64,000 nt of DNA from the human T2T-CHM13v2.0 reference genome, Homo sapiens: assembly GCF_009914755.1 (NCBI RefSeq), contig NC_060936.1; one strand, given 5' to 3'. The position numbers and the translations under genes are program-made. Of this stretch, positions 54,713 to 64,000 are shown in pieces; within the stretch, counting starts at the first letter, position 1, and the number at the start of each line of letters is the position of its first letter. Below the pieces are notes generated by a model. It was not told the DNA's origin. It made no database searches and was given only the letters and a program-made list of their open reading frames with translations.

Positions 54713-57700
54713 GTATGTGTGTGCGCGCACACGGCATGTGGGTATGTGTGTGCCTGTATATATACGTGTGTATGTGCGTATGTATATGTGTGTGCATGTG
54801 TATATATGTGTGTGAGTGTGCGTATGTGTATGTGTGTCTATGTGCGTATATGTGTGTAGGTGTGTGCATGTGTGTGTGAGTGTATACATATATGTGTATG
54901 TGGGTATGTGTGTGTATATGTGTCCATGTGAGTGTATGCATCTGTATGTGTGTATATGTGCGTATGTGTGTGTATGTGTATGTGTGCATGTATGTGTTTA
55001 TGTGTATGTGTGCATGTGCATGTGTGTATGTGTGAGTGTGGGTATGTGTATGCATGTGCATGTGTATATGTGCGTGTATGTGTGTTTATGTGTGCATGTG
55101 AGTGCATGTGTGTGCATGTGTGTATGTGGGTATGTGTGCATGTGAGTGTGCATGTGAGTGTGTGTATGAGTGTATGTGTGTATGTGCATGTGTATATGTG
55201 TGTGCATATGTGTATGTATGTGCTTGTGTGTATATGTGCATGAGTGTATGTGTGTATATGTGAGTGTATGTGCATGTGTGTGTCCATGTGTCTATATGTG
55301 AGTGTATGGGTGTATGTGCATGCGTGTATATGTGTATTTGTGTGCATGTGAGTGTATGTGTGTGCATGTGTGTATATGTGGGCATGTGCATGTGTGTATA
55401 TGTGTGTGTCTGTGTGCATGTGAGTGTATGTGTGTGTATATGTGCAAGTGTGTGTCTGAGTGAATGTGTATGCATGTATGTGTGTGTGCATGTGTGTATA
55501 TGTATGTGCATGTGTGTATATGTGTGCATATGACTGTGTATGTGCATGTGTATATGTGCGTGCATGTGTGAGTGTATATGTTCATGTGTATATGTACATG
55601 TGTATGTGTATGTGTGCATGTGTATGTGTGCATATGTGTATGTATGTGCCCTTGTATATATGTGCGCTTGTATGTGCATGTGTGTATGTGTGTATATGTG
55701 AGTGTATGTGCATGTGTGCATATATGCGTGTGTGTCTGTGTGCATGTGAGTGTATATGCATATGTGTATATATTTATTTGTGTGCATGAGTGTATGTGTG
55801 CCTGTGTGTATATGTGTGCATGTGAATGTGTGTATATGTGAGTGTATGTGTGTGCATGTGTGTATGTGTGTGTCTGTGCATGTGAGTGTGTATGCATGTG
55901 TATATGTGCATGTGTATGCGTGTGAGTGCATGTGTGTATATGTGCATGCATGTGTGTATGTTCATGTGTATATGTGCGTATGTGTATATGTATGCATATG
56001 AGTGTATCTGTGTATGTGCATGTGTGTATGTGTATGTGTGTGTCTGTGTGCATGAGTTTGTGTATGTGCATGTATGTATATGTGCATGTGTATGTGTCTG
56101 TGTGCATGTGAGTGTATGTATGTGCATGTGTATATGTGCATATCTCTGCATGTTTGTGTATGTGCATGTGTATGTGTGTGTGCATGAGTGCATGTGTATG
56201 CATGTGTATGTATGTGTATGAGTGTGTATGTGCATGTGTGTATGTATGCATGCATGTGTGTGCATGTGTGTATGTGTGCATGTGTATATGTGTGTATGTG
56301 TGTGGGTATGTGTATGCATGTGCATGTGTATATGTGCGTGTGTATGTGTTTATGTGTGCATGTGAGTGCATGTGTGTGCATGTGTGTATATGTGTATGTG
56401 GGTATGTGTCCATGTGAGTGTGCATGTGAGTGTATGTGTGTATGTGCATGTGTATATGTGTGTGCATACGTGTATATGTGCATGTGTATGTGCATGTGAG
56501 TGTATGTGTGTATATGTATGTGCATGTGTGTGTGTCCATGTGTATATATGTGAGTGTATGGGTGTATGTGCATGCATGTATATGTGCGTGTATATGTGTA
56601 TTTGTGTGCATGCGAGTGTATGTGTGTGCATGTGTGTATATGTGCGTGTATGTGTGGGCATGTGAATGTGTATATGTGAGTGTGTGCATGTGTGTATCTG
56701 TGTCTGTGTGCATGTGTGTGTGTGTGTATATGTGCAAGTGTGTGTCTGAGTGAATGTGTATGCATGTATGTGTGTGCACGTGTGTATATATGTGCATGTG
56801 TGTATGTGTGCATACGACTGTGTATGTGCATGTGTATATGTGCGTGCATGTGTGAGTGTATGTATGTTCATGTGTATATGTACGTGTATGTGTATGTGTG
56901 CATGTGTATGTGCATGTGTATATGTGTGCATATGTGTATGTATGTGCCCTTGTATATATGTGCGCTTGTATGTGCATGTGTGTGTATATGTGAGTGTATG
57001 TGCATGTGTGCATATATGCGTGTGTATGTGTCTGTGTGCATGTGAGTGTATATGCATGTGTATATATGTATTTATTTGTGTGCATGAGTGTATGTGTGTG
57101 CCTGTGTGTATATGTGCGTCTGTGTATGTGTGTGCATGTGAATGTGTGTATATGTGAGTGTATGTGTGTGCATGTGTGTATGTGTGTGTATGCATGTGTG
57201 TATATGTGCATGTGTGTGTGCATGTGTGTATATGTGCATGCATGTGTGTATGTGTATGTTCATGTGTATATGTGCGTATGTGTATATGTATGCATATGAG
57301 TGTATCTGTGTATGTGCATGTGTGTATGTGTATGTGTGTCTGTGTGCATGTTTGTGTATGTGCATGTATGTATATGTGCATGTGTATGTGTGTCTATGTG
57401 TGCATGTGAGTGTATGTATGTGCATGTGTATATGTGCATATCTCTGCATGTTTGTGTATGTGCATGTGTATGTGTGTGTGCATGAGTGCATGTGTATGCA
57501 TGTGTATGTGTGTGTATGAGTGTGTATGTGCATGTGTATATGTGCGTGTGTATGTATGCATGCGTGTGTGTGCATGTGTGTATCTGTGCATGTGTATATG
57601 TGCATGTGTATGTGTGTGCATGTGAGTGTATGTGCATGTGTGTATATATATGCATGTGTATCTGTGAGTGCATGTGTGTGCGTGTCTATATGTGCATGTG

Positions 57701-57912
57701 TATGCATGTGAGTCCATGTGTGTACATGCGTGTATATGTGTGTGTGTATGTGTGCATGTGTGTGTGCGCATGTGGGTATGTGTGTATATGAGTGTGTATG
57801 TATATGTGTTTGTGCATGTGGCTATGTGTGTATATGTGAGTTTATGTGAGTGTATGTATATGGATATGCATGTGTGTATATGCGTGAATGTGAGTGTGTG
57901 TGTGTGTGTGTG
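54713..57912. repeat. 3.2 kb degenerate (TG/TA/CA) alternating purine-pyrimidine array in the last FAIM2 intron
   Basis: Continuous tgtgtatgtgcatg-type sequence. Confidence 0.98.
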
Positions 57913-59779
57913 TCTCTCTGGATGTGCTGTCTTGGCTTCAGCGCATGCTCAGCTTAGCAGCAGCTGCCTCAGGCTGGTCCCTGCCAGCTCTGAGGGCTCC
58001 AGGTCTCAGCCCTGCTTTCCTTCCAGAGACTGAGGACAGATAGCTGTATTATGTCTCTCCATAGTCAGTGGTCAACATCGGAACTGGAGGTCCAGCATCC
58101 CTACTGAGCATCTTCCTATCCCAGCTCTGCTCATCCAAATGCCATTAGGCTTGCAGCATCCAGTACTGACCATGCACAGTCTCCCTGCCCCCACCCACCC
58201 CGGCTCTGGGACACTGCAGTGACCTCCTAACTGGTCTCCCAGCCTCTGGTCTGTCCACTCAGCTTCTCACTAATCTTCCTTAAAGCACAACAACTGTGAT
58301 GTTTCTTAGCAACTGTCAGTGGCTCCCAAGGTCCTCAATTTGGCCAGGCTGGGCAGGAAGTGAAGAGGTCTATTCCCATTGGGCCCATCACCTAATTTCT
58401 AATGTCCTATGCCTCATTCCTTCCCGAGGACTCTGGGACTTGGGCTCCTGATTTAGGGGGCTCAGAGACCTTAGCTTCCCCAAGGAAGAACCAACTCTGA
58501 GATGGGGCAACCTGCTCCAAGTTCCATGGGCCCTGGAGTCTCAGCTGCGGCTAGAAGCCAGCTGCAGGCATGTGCCCCCACCTCATTCCCTGCCCCATCA
58601 CGCCAGCCCCGCCCGACCCTCGTGCTTCCTGTGCGACTTTCCATGAGTTTCTACAGAAAAGCACCCAAAGAGAGGGCACTAGGGGGAATGGGAGGATTCG
58701 GCCACTCTGAGGTCAGGGCTGTTCAGCTGGCTCACCCACTTCTACTGGCATATTTGGGTCTGGCATCCAGTGAGGGATATGGGGTAGGGGTAAGACCAAA
58801 AACCCAAGGCTCCCTGAGAATGTACTAAGGCTGACATGGGTGAGGCCTAGGAGGGGCCTGTTCCTCAAAGCTGGACCAGAGCCCTGAGACGCCTCGCCTG
58901 CCACCCCCTCAGGTGCTGCCCCTTCCACTGGGCGGCCTGCCCTCAAAGATGGCAGAATCTCAAGAGAGGGGCTGATGTTTCTGGGAGAGAAATCGGATTC
59001 TCGAAGCTGGATTCTCACAGCGCTTCCAAAGCTCAGGTTGGTGGGAGTTGAGGGGAGGGTCCCCCTGGGGGTCTGGGGCCTCCTCCTACACTTCTCTTCA
59101 CCCCACTCTTGCACAGTCTCCTTGAGGCGACACACGTGCCAGGGACACCTGCATGCAGTGTGCTGTGTCCAGCTCTGCTCAGCTGCAGGGCTGGGAGTGG
59201 CCCCCACTGTGCTGAGAATTCCCCAAAGGCTACGGTGGGAGAGGGCAGGATGGGCAGACGAGAGACCAGGGGGTGCTGGGTGCTAGTTATGGGATAGGCT
59301 GGAGCTAGGGGACCACAGAGTCCGCAGGCCTGAGGGTCAGGACGAGGTCAGCATGTTTCTGAGTTCAAGCTAATGGGAGGGTAAGGGGATTTAGTTATGG
59401 TGCTGGGCCTCCGAGGGCCTTCGTCTACCTGAAACTGAGAGGAGGTAAGGGAATGAGTCCCAAAGCCCCTCTCATCAACATTCCCCTGCCCCATGGGCCC
59501 CAGGGGAGCTGCAGATGAACACGGCAGGGGATGGAGCCAGGGGAACTGGCCCCATGCTCTCCATTGTTGTTTCTATAATCTGCAGGATGATCCCGACCAG
59601 GGCCTTTTGGAGTGTTGATCTCCTAATGAGATAATTGGCACTGCAGTTCCCCCTCCCCTGTGACTCACAGAAGACTGATGGGCAGTGCTGAATTCAACCA
59701 CATAGCCTGTGCGTCCTCTGCCTTGCTCTGATTGTACCTCCGTGGGCCTGGCCCTGCCCCCTGCCACACCTCTTGGGGA

Positions 59780-63787
<4,008 letters not shown>

Positions 63788-64000
63788 TCCCCATCTTAAT
63801 TTATTAACAGTAGAACCTATCTTATAGACTTAAGATGACAATTAAATGCTATGGAGAGCTGGCTGGGGGGAAGCAAGTGTTCAATAAATATTAGCTGTTA
63901 CTGTTATCCTAACCGTAATCATCATCATCAACATTCTCAGTTTCGTGAGAACAGCAAAGAACATGCTCAATCTAACAGTCTCTCTCTCAGGGTACCTGGA

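Noticed and set aside
54566-58033. Long His/Thr-rich and Cys/Val/Met-rich ORFs (up to 643 aa)
   Set aside because: Stop codons need a purine-purine step, which an alternating RY repeat rarely provides. All frames on both strands are open, so these are artefacts.

Overview
Human (primate) genomic DNA from the NCKAP5L / BCDIN3D-AS1 / BCDIN3D / FAIM2 locus (12q13; the BMI/obesity GWAS interval). The locus was recognised from protein sequence and recalled gene order. From left to right: NCKAP5L intron 1 and its first exon (minus strand) in a bidirectional CpG island at ~4.5-5.9 kb; the complete two-exon BCDIN3D RNA 5'-phosphate methyltransferase gene (minus, 292 aa, CDS 20099-19866 + 16027-15383); a repeat-rich intergenic stretch (Alu, L1, HAL1-like, hAT fossil, MLT1, full-length SVA at 37.2-39.0 kb, RPL35A processed pseudogene at 40.1-40.6 kb); and the FAIM2 terminal exon (coding 47665-47516, absent from the ORF track, with a ~3.6 kb 3'UTR) plus its last intron. 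I see no evidence for a new multi-gene system, and most listed ORFs are repeat or GC artefacts. The best leads are: a 94-nt near-perfect palindrome at 53388-53481; a 3.2 kb purine-pyrimidine array hiding a ~1.29 kb tandem duplication; a strong-Kozak uATG open through the NCKAP5L exon 1 donor; a BCDIN3D 3'UTR containing an AluYa5 and apparently ending at an LTR-derived poly(A) signal; and two Alus inserted head-to-head at one target site.
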